Shown here: piece after piece, positions 53,362 through 64,000 of the stretch | Numbering within the stretch: the stretch's first letter is position 1 | Layout: every line of letters starts with the position of its first letter | The notes under the pieces: model-generated | What the model saw: only the letters and a program-made list of their open reading frames with translations | Databases searched by the model: none | Told to the model about the DNA's origin: nothing | Position numbers and translations under genes: made by a program | DNA from: Thalia democratica | Lineage: Eukaryota | DNA: 64,000 bases | Assembly (NCBI GenBank): GCA_965202585.1 | Contig: OZ241828.1 | Location: forward strand, 70,556,001-70,620,000 | Direction of reading: 5' to 3'

Positions 53362-55407
53362 ATAATGAGAGTGTTAATGAGAAGCAAAAACTCATAGAAC
53401 AAAGGAAATACATCAGAAGGAAATTGAAAAAATATGACGTTTCAGGTGAAAATTGCATTTTGACGTCACAGTTGAAAGAAGCAATGCACAAATGAAACTC
53501 CCCACCGAAAACTGGTTGTAGGAACATCAATATTTTTTTAGTTTTTCTAGCATTTGAACTTCTTAATATTTAACTTATTTTTGTCTAACTTTAGCTTTTT
53601 GTTAGATCTTTCTTAATATTTCTGAGTAGAAAATAAAAATACATTTCCAGAATTTAAGACACACCTGAGCATTAAAAATGCATATCTTATTAACAACACT
53701 TACAATTGTTTTTTTGTTCTCAACAAAATTTTATGTTAAGTTTTTATAATTATAACAAAGTAAAGTAGCAACATTTAATTGTTCAATTTAAAATCGTTTA
53801 AAGTTTGTTTTGTCTATAGTAAAAAGGTTTTAATGTCTAATTTTAGGTTAAGCTTTAAGCAAACTATCAACTTTTAATTTATACTACATACTGTTTGTAC
53901 TATAAAAAGTATTCACTGTTTTACATTGAAAAAAATTATTTATGCTTTAGGCATTTCCTGAATCCCGAAAAAGAAGTTGGGAGAAGTTCGAAAAGATAAT
54001 GGAAGAATACCTGAAAGCGAAAAAAGTTGACGCCGGTTTGATTGAAGCTTTCAGGAGATTTGACCCTGACATAACTGGTTAGTTGATCCCTTATATATAG
54101 TTAGTTTTCATTGCTATACTTTAAAAATTGATTAGTTTGTTTTAGTGTTTTGTATTAATTGCAACGTAAGTCAAATCGAACGTTTTAAAACATAGTATTG
54201 TTTAATGATTTTGCAGTATTAGTTTAACAATTTAGATGACAACTAATGGAATTTTTAAAGTAAATTGAATAAGTTTATGCCGTCCGAGTATATTTTTTTG
54301 AATATTACAGAAAAAGTATACTTAAAGCTTGTTTTAATGATATTATGTTATTTCACATAAAGGATCATTTAAGTTCCGGTTAAACTATATTTTTTTTTGT
54401 TTTAAGGTTACTGTTTCCATATCAAGTATAGATTTTAAAAAAATTAAATATTTTACTCAATCATTTTGTTATTTCTTAGTATATATAAAACAAAAAAAAA
54501 ATAGTTGCTTAATTTAAATAGAACTTAACAAAAAAAAAAGTTTAACATTAACAGGATGTTTTAAAAGTTTGAACTAGACTTTAAGCGAATAGTTAATATT
54601 TCTTTTAAAAAAGTTGACCATCTACAGAACTATATTAAAATATTTGTTTCACTATTTCTAAACTTAAAGAACACATGTAGTCTTTTGTCTTTAAATATCT
54701 AAGAGAACAGAAAAGTTTTACATAAAAATAAACTATAAAATATGTGAGCAAAAGGAAAATTATAATCCATATCTTTTTTAATTTATTTTATTTGAAAACC
54801 CTATGTAAAATAAAACATCTCTTTAGTACTTTAGTAATTAATATTTTTTGATTTGCACCTTAATATTAAAACACAGTGTTTGATATGTGTGCTTGTATTT
54901 TAATTAAACTAACGATAATAATATATACTACAATGCTTTAAGAAAAAAATAAAACAATAATTAAAAAATTTCCAGATCAGTTATACTATAAGTATAAACA
55001 TAGTTTTACAGTTCAAAACTGTATAACATTTGATGATTTTTTTTACAATAAACAAATAAACTAAAACTAGAAAGTTGAACTAAAGACAAAACTTTTAAAA
55101 TCAATATGAAACCTGCTTTAAAAAAAGCACAATATATTTGAATAAATGTGTTTTATATAGAACACTTACATAATTTATAACGATTTAAAATTTTAAAAAT
55201 CATAAGTTATAAACAAATTATATTTTTAAAGGATTTGTCACGTGTGCTGAGACAAGAAAAGTTCTGACCTCTTTGGGGGAAGTCCACAATGAAGATGAGA
55301 TGCAGGAATTTCTAAAAGATGCGGATCCGCTGAAGAGGGGTAGCATAAATTACCAGGCGTTCACTCAAGTACTAATTGGTGATGATACAAGGCTTATTTT
55401 TTCATAG
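53362..55407 (+). CDS. Calmodulin/myosin-light-chain-like EF-hand protein (3 visible exons; the first cannot be joined in frame)
   Basis: Exon 53951-54077 (SWEKFEKIMEEYLKAKKVDAGLIEAFRRFDPDIT) splices in phase 1 to 55232-55407 (GFVTCAETRKVLTSLGEVHNEDEMQEFLKDADPLKRGSINYQAFTQVLIG...*). Upstream exon from 53362 reads IRRKLKKYDVSGENCILTSQLKEAMHK and then hits TGA. Confidence 0.75.
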
Positions 55408-55564
55408 GAAAAGACAATGTGGAACAAGTTAACACAGGATGTCAGTAAAAAGCAATAACTTTCCATTAAAGATAAAAAGAAAGGAAATTAAATAAATTGT
55501 TTATAATACTATTCTCATCTAATTACATAATAAATCTTTCAGTTCTCTATTTATGATATTATTT

Positions 55565-55680
55565 TTTTCCCTACGCCTCGCCCTTACATACTATTAGTTT
55601 ACTTTTATTAGTGTTGTGTTTTTTAAACAATGCTTTTGCAAGGTCATCTTTTTGGATGTATTTTTTTATGGATGTGCATT
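55565..55680 (+). mobile_element. CR1 3'-UTR remnant split by the LTR element (continues at about 60876-60910)
   Basis: TTTTTCCCTACGCC...CTACA.ACTATTAGTTT matches 29355-29400; CACTTCTTTTTTGAATGTACTAAGT after the 3' LTR matches about 29450-29475. Confidence 0.6.
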
Positions 55681-56462
55681 TGTAACGCCTCTGGCTTTAA
55701 ATTAAATTCAGCAAAAGAGTTTTCTCTAATTAGGGGTTTTTTGTATTAATTTGTTAACTTTCTAAATTGCCGCCTTAGATTTGAATTATTAGATTTGTAA
55801 AAGCTCAAGCTGAACTTCCTATGTGATAAATTGTGAGTATTGTCATTAATCTCTTATTTTCTAGTTCTGTCTCTTAAATTGAAATTTCTAATAAAGTTAA
55901 ATTGAAGTTAATTTTACTGTGGTTTGCATAAATTTGAATAAATAAACTCTGCTGTTGATAAAATTAAATTGAAGTTAATTGTACTTTTGATTTTGCATAA
56001 ATTTAAATAACTAAACTTTGGTGTTAATAGATCATTATATTGAAATTATCTATAATTTGGTTACATAAAACTGAATAAATAAGCTTTGTTGTGGATAATT
56101 AATTAAGAAGCAAGCTGCTTTTGGTGCTCTTAATAATCTCTGAAATTTACAAATCAAATTTAATTAATTTAAATATCTAAATATCTAAATATCTAAAATA
56201 TCTAAATTTAATTAAACAACTAGTGAGCCACACCTAACTCTTGGTATAGCATGATGAGTAATAGGTCCAAGCCCCCCAAAAAGGATAGTATGTTCTCTAA
56301 AGAGAACATACATCATACTTTAGACAAGGTCAACAACCCCGAAACTCGCTGTGGCCAACGAAACATTGACAGAGGGATCAACAAAAGGGGTGTTGACCCA
56401 CACTCTTCGCGCCGTAGCCAACCTGGTCCATCAGACCAACCACAAGCAACGTGCGAAAGATA
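55681..56462 (+). repeat. 5' LTR (TG...TA)
   Basis: Identity with 60094-60875 ends exactly at GAAAGATA, directly before the PBS. Contains three ~66-bp imperfect U3 repeats (about 55898-56100) and (AAATATCT)x4. Confidence 0.93.
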
Positions 56463-56480
56463 TGGTGACCACGACGTGAG
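56463..56480 (+). promoter_or_regulatory. Primer-binding site, tRNA-Trp
   Basis: TGGTGACCACGACGTGAG matches 16/18 of TGGTGACCCCGACGTGAT, the complement of the tRNA-Trp 3' end, and abuts the LTR. Confidence 0.88.
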
Positions 56481-57393
56481 TGAACACGCTTTAATTGATA
56501 CACAGAGTATAGAAATCAGTGCCGAGATTGACATGAACGTAGGGGGGGATCAGTCAGGAAATAACCAAAAGGGGGAAGAGCCCCAGGCAGCAATGGGCAG
56601 TTATCAACAACCTAGAGACCAGCCTAATCCAAGTGGTCTGCCAAGACAAAGCTACCCACCCCAACAAAATTCTACACCTAGCAACTATGGGCCTCCACCA
56701 AGGGTGACAGGACCACCTAGCAACAGCTCCATTCCTCCAGCAAGAACCTCACCCTTGCCACCCCAACAACAACTCCAACCTAACAACTTAAACATGGACT
56801 ATTCCCTCCAAAACAACAGGAGGCCCCCTATTCAAGTGCCACCTCAAGAACTGAGTGCAGAGGAGATAGTACAGGGGATCAAAGATTTGAAGGAACAAAT
56901 TCGACTGGCTAAACTTCAAGAGGAATTTCGAAGATTACAAAAAGAATTACATGAATTGAGAAGTCCAAATCCATCCACAAGGACAAATCACGACATCTCA
57001 ACTCAAGGTAGACAGAATACATACATGGATCCTCAAATCCAGGTTACCCACCAGGTTTCACACACCTCAAAGGTTCAAGACCTACCAAGGAGCCAGGTGA
57101 TATCTCCGCCTCATGCAAAAAACGAGCTCCCAAACTCTCCGCAGTGAGAGAGAGTGATTGGGGCTACACTATCTCACACCAAAGCTGTCCAGTTTGTAAA
57201 TAAAACCGCCCCTCGACAGCAACCCCCATCTCAACCGAGACCAACCAGAAATGCCTTAAACTGCACTATAAGTCATCCAGGAAATGAAGTGTCCACACCT
57301 TCAAACAAACCGAAGATGACTTTTCATATAAAGCAAACAGCCTCACGTAGTGCAGCAGAAACACCTGATGAGAACCAAAGTTCTGAGCAACCA

Positions 57394-58036
57394 CAGCCAG
57401 CATCACCAGGGCCAGCGTCAACGGTCAGCGCCACCTTAGCCAGCACCTCCACGACAAGCGCCAACGATCCGAGCTACCTTAGCCAGCACCACAACGGGCA
57501 GTCCCAACGGTCAGCGCAAACACAGCCAGCATCACCAGGGCCAGCGTCAACGGTCAGCGCCGCCGAAGCCAGCACCTCCACGACAAGCGCCAACGATCCG
57601 AGCTACCTTAGCCAGCACCACAATGGGCAGTCCCAACGGTCTGCGCAAACACAGCCAGCATCACCAGGGCCAGCGTCAACGGTCAGCGCCACCTTAGCCA
57701 GCACCTCCACGACAAGCGCCAACGATCCGAGCTACCTTATCCAGCACCACAACGGGCAGTCCCAACGGTCAGCGCAAACACAGCCAGCATCACCAGGGCC
57801 AGCGTCAACGGTCAGCGCCACCTTAGCCAGCACCTCCACGACCAGCGTCAACGATCCGAGCTACCTTAGCCAGCACCACAACGGGCAATCCCAACGGTCA
57901 GCGCAAACACAGCCAGCATCACTAGGACCAGCGTCAACGGTCAGCGCCACCTTAGCCAGCACCTCCACGACAAGCGCCAACGATCCGAGCCACCTTAGCC
58001 AGCACCACAACGGGCAGTCCCAACGGTCAGCGCAAC
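57394..58036 (+). repeat. 129-bp (43-aa) coding tandem repeat x5
   Basis: Unit starts at 57394, 57523, 57652, 57781 and 57910; encodes QPASPGPASTVSATLASTSTTSANDPSYLSQHHNGQSQRSAQT. Confidence 0.95.
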
Positions 58037-59262
58037 CGCACCCAGAACCACAACAAAAATCTCTCGACACTACCAATCACAATAAAGACAAAAGTGTAGA
58101 AAAATGGACTTTTCAACTGAATAAATTCCCTGCACCCAAACCGAAGAACCTCCCTCAGAATCTACTATTTTTAGCGGATTCAAACACAAATGTTATCTTT
58201 TTGGTTGACAGCGGATCCGAAATTTCAATCCTGCCGAAGGAATTGACTAACGGTATAGACAAATATTTTCCTAAACAAAGTAGAACCATCCAAGGGTTTG
58301 GTAACAAAACAACCCACCCTATTGGTAGCGCGGATGTCGAACTTCAATTGGGGAATTTAGAACCCATCAACCACTCGTTCTGGGTTATTCAAGAATCACG
58401 CCACTTTGGCATTATTGGCATGGACCTGTTAAGAAAGAACGAACTAGCGATCCTGCCATCTACCTCTCAACTATGCAAGATGGGGTCAAACGAATCAGCT
58501 AGACTGTTCGCACCTGCTGAGTTGCCCACCCCTATAGTCGCTTCAGTCAACCACATCAATCTGGGTGGTAAGAATACGACTCCGTTAAAAGTAAAATGCA
58601 AAAGACTATTAATGGACTTCCCTGAAATTACCAGGAAGCCAACCTACCACGCAAAGCCAAAACACAACTACGAGCTCGAGATAATATTGGATAATTACAA
58701 GCCTGCCATGGTCAAAGCCAGGAGACCTGGTGTTTTTTTGTACAAGCATAGAAAGATATTTGGTACTTTTTAGATGAATACTACTTAAGGGCTTATTCAA
58801 ATAAGCAACAGTTGATTTTCACTGATTATTTTGTACAACACCTAGAAGCTGCTTGCATTTTTTTATATTACTGTTAAATGACTTAACTTTAAGAATTTTT
58901 TTAATTTTGAAATTAATGGGGTTTTTGATTTTATATTTATTTGTACAACCATTAAAAATTGGTATCTTATAGACATGTATTTTTTTTTGTAATTATCTTA
59001 GCTAAAATAGGTACTGTGTGATATTTTATATAAAAATCTAAAATTTTCTATATTGCATTGAGTTTTGGTTGTCTCCTGTTTAGCACTGGGAAAGCTTGCC
59101 AAGCAAATTGTAAAAATCATGGCTCAGTAACTTTCACTCATCTAGTTTGGTGGGGTAAGTCGAACTGCCACACCCCAGAGACCTCAGAATGAACCACCCT
59201 AACAAGAACAGGCTGCCACTACGTACAGCAGAATTGTAGTGACGATGTCGATTCGTCTGGAA

Positions 59263-59560
59263 ATGCATACATGGCAGCACACCTTCGGATGCCATGGGGG
59301 CAATGCCAACCCGTCTGCTGATGATGTCAAGCAGACCCTCGAATCCGTTGGCGTTGATGACGATGGTGAACAACGCCAGGTCGCCAGCGATTAATTCGCG
59401 GAGAAGGACGTCAGTGGAGCCAAACTTCCCGCCAGAGTTCCGGGAGAACCACTACAAGAAGAGCGGCCGCAGCTGGAGCAACCAGAGAAGAGGAGGAGAA
59501 GGCGAGTAAGAAGAGGCCGAGCCTCAACCTCCAGTGTAAGAGTAAGGAACCATCATCATG
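59263..59560 (+). pseudogene. RPLP2: 60S acidic ribosomal protein P2-like intronless copy inside the LTR element
   Basis: With three 1-nt frameshifts corrected it reads M.YMAAHL.DAMGGNANPSADDVKQTLESVGVDDDGEQRQVASD*...GAKLPARVP...AAGATREEEEK, versus P2 consensus MRYVAAYLLA.LGGN.SPSA.DIKKIL.SVGIEAD.ERL.KVISEL...KLASVP...AA..EEKKEE. About 55% GC. Confidence 0.72.
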
Positions 59561-60081
59561 AACGGTAAACATTGACTTTTAAACAAACTTTTGACTCATG
59601 ATTGTAATTAGGAATTTGTAAATTTATATTCAAAAAAAGTCTTTTCTTTACAATTTCTTTAGAATTTCTTTTTTATTTTGTTAAAAAAAGCATTTTTACC
59701 ACACTTAAAAAGTGTCTTAAGCATTTACTACATTTAAATACTTATAGTTTTAATTTTACTTTAAAAATAGCTAGTAGAGTGTTTAAATCCAGATTTTGAA
59801 TTAGCTCAAAAATGTTGTTATATGCAAGTACCTTTTAGCACATAAAGTTGATAATCATAAGTATCTCTTAAAATATTATTTCTGATTATTACATGTAAAT
59901 TACAAAAAGAAAGTTATAAACTTATGTTGCATGCTTATATATCTCTAAGTTGAGTGCTTTAGTGTATAATGGTTTTCACCTGGACTATATTTAAAGTTTT
60001 TTTCAGTTTAACAAACGTTTAACACCTTAAAACTTATATTTATCTAAAAAAACCTAAGTTAAAATTCTAAAAATGTTTAAT

Positions 60082-60093
60082 AAGAGGGGAAAA
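60082..60093 (+). promoter_or_regulatory. Polypurine tract
   Basis: AAGAGGGGAAAA directly 5' of the TGTAACG start of the 3' LTR. Confidence 0.88.
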
Positions 60094-60875
60094 TGTAACG
60101 CCTCTGGCTTTAAATTAAATTCAGCAAAAGAGTTTTCTCTAATTAGGGGTTTTTTGTATTAATTTGTTAACTTTCTAAATTGCCGCCTTAGATTTGAATT
60201 ATTAGATTTGTAAAAGCTCAAGCTGAACTTCATATGTGCTAAATTGTGAGTATTGTCATTAATCTCTTATTTTCTAGTTCTGTCTCTTAAATTGAAATTT
60301 CTAATAAAGTTAAATTGAAGTTAATTTTACTGTGGTTTGCATAAATTTGAATAAATAAACTCTGCTGTTGATAAAATTAAATTGAAGTTAATTGTACTTT
60401 TGATTTTGCATAAATTTAAATAACTAAACTTTGGTGTTAATAGATCATTATATTGAAATTATCTATAATTTGGTTACATAAAACTGAATAAATAAGCTTT
60501 GTTGTGGATAATTAATTAAGAAGCAAGCTGCTTTTGGTGCTCTTAATAATCTCTGAAGTTTACAAATCAAATTTAATTAATTTAAATATCTAAATATCTA
60601 AATATCTAAAATATCTAAATTTAATTAAACAACTAGTGAGCCACACCTAACTCTTGGTATAGCATAATGAGTAATAGATCCAAGCCCCCCAAAAAGGATA
60701 GTATGTTCTCTAAAGAGAACATAAATCATACTTTAGACAAGGTCAACAACCCCGAAACTCGCTGTGGCCAACGAAACATTGACAGAGGGATCAACAAAAG
60801 GGGTGTTGACCCACACTCTTCGCGCCGTAGCCAACCTGGTCCATCAGACCAACCACAAGCAACGTGCGAAAGATA
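60094..60875 (+). repeat. 3' LTR (TG...TA)
   Basis: Same length as the 5' LTR, preceded by the PPT and followed by the CATT TSD. Explains ORF 60667-60951. Confidence 0.93.
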
Positions 60876-62166
60876 CATTAACCACTTCTTTTTTGAATGT
60901 ACTAAGTTATCGCTTTTAGTATTAAAAAATAAGTTTAAACTTAGTAATTAATATATATAACTTTGTTTAATTGTTTGTTTATGTTTAATTTTTATCTTAA
61001 ATTTATAAACATAATTTTATTTTCTTTTTATTTTAGGTGTCCCATTTAAAAGGCTCATGTTTCGATGCCTCAGTCCAAAATTGCACAGTTGTACTTGACT
61101 GTTTAAGTCGCTTTAGTGCTCATTAGTGGATAACATTTTTGTAAAATTAAACATAACATATTTCTCTAATGCATTTCTACAAAAAGTTTTAGTACTCTTA
61201 TTGCCACATCCGGTTCATCCACTGAAAACGCTTCCTACTCAAAATTTAAAAAAATAACGTAAGTTTAATATTTCACTACATTTAGTATTTAGTTAAATTT
61301 TTCGTCTTTGTTGTTTATATAATTCGTTATTGTGTATATTTTGTGATTAGTTTTGCAGCTATAATTTTTATATTTATTTTCGAAAGTGTTTTTGTGATGA
61401 AACATCGTAACGTAAATAAAATTCCACAGAGTTCGTTAAACTGTCTCAATTAAAAGGAGTGATGACTTTAAAAGTGTATTCTTTTATTAAACTAAAATAG
61501 AACCTCACTCTAAATAGACAAAAAACAATATGTATTTCTAAACAATTAAAAAAAAATTTTTTTAAGAAACTTTAAACTAAGTCAAAGGTAAAATCATAAG
61601 TATATTCGGCATAAAAAATACCGTACTGTGTGAAGCTATAACAGTTATTAAGTAAAACCGACAATATAGTCAGTTTAACTAAGTTTTTCAAACCTAAATG
61701 TTTTTAAAAGATTAAGTTCTTTGATATAAACAAAAACTAACTAACTAGAAAAGACCATGTTGATTTATTTTAAACTTACGAATTTAGACTGCAAACTTTA
61801 AAAGACTATACAATGATAAAACGCAATTAGAATTTTTAACAACAATGCATCTCGCATTGACAACTTTTATAGACGTTTATGAGTTTTCTTAAAAATATCT
61901 ATTCAACGGATCAATTTTTTATAAAGCCTTCAAAAACAGCTAACAGAATTTATAAGATTAATGTTCTAGATGTTTTTCATAAAAAAACGATAGATAAAAT
62001 AACTCCAGTTTTTTATCAAATAAAAGTTCGAAATAAAATTCACCATATTATATTATTAAAAGATATCTAAAACATCAAGCATCGTTAACAAGTCACACAG
62101 GGTTAGGCATGTGAAAACTTTTGACAAAGTTTAAAAAATAACGGAATAAAAACATTCAGAAAAGTT

Positions 62167-63451
62167 TTAAAAATAAAAAGTAGACGAATGTGGATTCAGG
62201 TGTTGGTGTAAGCTGAACCATTCTGGATTGAGGTTTGCAGTTGACTTGACTGGATTGGACCATCTGGATTTTGCAAATGTGTTTGGATTCGTGTTGTGAT
62301 GGTGTTGTGGTAAGCTGCTTGAGTCGGAACTCATTGCATGGTTTTGTTGGACATTAAAATTTCCTGAAGTCGGCTGGTAATTGTAGCTTTGTGCGCTTTG
62401 TTGAGCAATTGAGTTTGTCTGCTGCTGAGTTGTTGTATTAAGAGGTAAACTAGAGTTAACCTGATTTGTTACTATCACGTTGCTTTGTTGTGATTGTCTA
62501 GGGTGAACTTGGTTGCTGTAAGCAAGACCTTGTTTTGGTGTTACATTTCCACTTTGGTCGAATCTATTGTTTTGCGGTGGCTGATAAATCTTCTGAGTTG
62601 CTTGACGTTGACTTTGTTGGTAGTTTTGGTTGTAGCCTGGATACTGCATTCCTGGCTGCTGTAATCTATAAGAGTTAGTAACGTTTTTGTTAGGAGCTGT
62701 AGCACCATTTGCACTTAATACATAACTTTGCGTTGCCACTGTCGGGTAGCTTTGAGACATTGCTGGATTAAAATTTAGTCCTGATTGTTGCAATCCAGTT
62801 GGAAATGTGACGTGTTGATTAGATACATATCCAATTTGGTTCCTTATATAACCTGCGTTTGGTATTTGTTGCGGCTGGTAATTCGTCTGAGCTGCTTGAG
62901 GTTGCCCTTGCTGGTAGTTTTTGTTGTAGCCTGATGGCTGTACTTTGTAAGAGTTCGGTACAGTTCGATTGGTATTTAGGCTAGACGCGTAACTATGAGT
63001 TGCTGGTGACTGATAGCTTTGAGACACTGCTTGGTTTAAGCGTTGTGCCAATTGCTGCATTCCAGCTGGGTTTGTGACGTATTGGTTAGTTGTGTTTGGC
63101 GTATAACCAATGCGCTGGGTTTGTTGGTAAATAACCTGAGCTGATTGATATTGACCTTGCTTGTTGTTTTTGTTCACTACTGGATTTACATTATGTGGTT
63201 GTTTTCCAAAAGGTCTTGGAAGTTGAAACTGTTGTACGCTTCTTTGGTATAAAACTTGAGCTTGGTTACCACCTCCTTGCACACCACTTGATGGTTGAAC
63301 TGTTCGCATACCACTTTTGGAAGGTTTTACTGTGTCTTTTAGTGTTGGTGAAATTGGATAATTTTGTTGGTTGCTAATTGATAAGTTTTGTGAGTTTCCA
63401 GTTGCAGAAGTATTTTGCTGGTTTACTCCACTGCTTGTTCCCGAGTTGAAA
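62167..63451 (-). CDS. Terminal exon of a Q/N/S/Y-rich low-complexity (prion-like) protein; upstream exons not identified in this window
   Basis: TTTTTTTCCAG acceptor at 63452, then a 1285-nt phase-2 open frame (FNSGTSSGVNQQ...LNPHSSTFYF*) that includes ORF 62167-63309. Confidence 0.85.
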
Positions 63452-64000
63452 CTGGAAAAAAAATTATAATTTGGATTTTTGATGATTTTTTTTCTGACTT
63501 TGCTCGTAAACTTTTCAGTAGTTTTACTAACTTTTACTTTATAAAATCAAAGATAAAAATAACTACTCATAGTTTTGATCTTTGTGGATCTATATTTAAA
63601 AACCTTCAAAAAACAATTAATACTAAAACCGTAATACTTTAAGCATTTCTTCTATAAACTTAAGTATAAAAATTGTAGAACTAGAATGTTTCAAAACGAT
63701 ATATTATTTGTGATTATATTGCAAAATGATTAGTATCTTTTTAATTACTGTTATTTTTAAACATGTCTTATAAGACCAAAACTTTTAAAAACAGTCCAGA
63801 CATATTTTCTCGACATTGGTTTTAATTTTTCTATAGACAATCGTAATAAATTTATATAGGACTTAGATTAAACAATAAAAATACTAGATAATTAGTCGAA
63901 AAAAAACAACTAAAATAACAAAGAAATTAGCAACTAAATATTTAAACATATATAATCTGACAGAAGATGCAAAAACTAGTTATCAGAAATTAAACATGAC

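Larger units (their letters stand above)
56251..58727 (+). pseudogene. Retroelement ORF: low-complexity gag-position protein + aspartic protease + start of RT linker; one in-frame TGA at 57145-57147
   Basis: ORFs 56251-57147 and 57154-58773 share a frame. Protease LLFLADSNTNVIFLVDSGSEISILP...FGIIGMDLL. Homology stops at about 58727 (KPAMVKARR) where AT-rich DNA begins. Confidence 0.85.
55681..60875 (+). mobile_element. Non-autonomous Gypsy-type LTR retrotransposon (pol replaced by captured sequence)
   Basis: 782-bp LTRs at 55681-56462 and 60094-60875 (about 6 substitutions seen), 4-bp TSD CATT (55677-55680, 60876-60879), PBS, PPT and aspartic protease. Confidence 0.93.

Noticed and set aside
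56219-56232. Alternative LTR end at ...TTAAACA (56218) with CTAGTGAGCC as a decayed tRNA-Arg PBS
   Set aside because: LTR identity continues 244 bp further to 56462, where a 16/18 tRNA-Trp PBS begins, and the CATT TSD fits only the longer LTR.
57145-57147. In-frame TGA as a programmed gag-pol readthrough site
   Set aside because: It lies about 340 codons upstream of the protease rather than at a gag/pro boundary, and CAG-TGA-GAG is simply explained by CGA-to-TGA decay; unproven without other copies.
59294-59509. ORF MGAMPTRLL... and antisense ORF 59134-59373 as novel genes
   Set aside because: They are off-frame and antisense readings of the frameshifted RPLP2-like sequence.

Overview
Very AT-rich animal genomic DNA with spliceosomal GT-AG introns and dense, nested transposons. 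There are no prokaryotic features, rRNA genes or CRISPR arrays. The TE mix (CR1/L2 LINE, Penelope, hAT, MULE-like, Kolobok-like, TA-MITEs, Gypsy) looks Hydra-like, but the organism cannot be proven from the sequence. Host genes: (1) an 11-exon, frame-consistent minus-strand gene (10801-17200, 583 aa) with one BET-type bromodomain and a BRD4-CTD-like C-terminus, but no visible second bromodomain or ET domain; (2) a calmodulin/myosin-light-chain-like EF-hand gene with a frame problem (53362-55407); (3) the last exon of a Q/N-rich prion-like protein (62167-63451). The most striking object is a young Gypsy-type LTR element (55681-60875) with 782-bp TG...TA LTRs, CATT TSD, tRNA-Trp PBS and PPT. Its ORF starts inside the LTR, it shows no recognisable capsid, it keeps a protease, it has lost RT/RNase H/integrase, and it carries a GC-rich ribosomal protein P2 (RPLP2)-like copy instead. 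All calls come from manual reading; no database searches were run.
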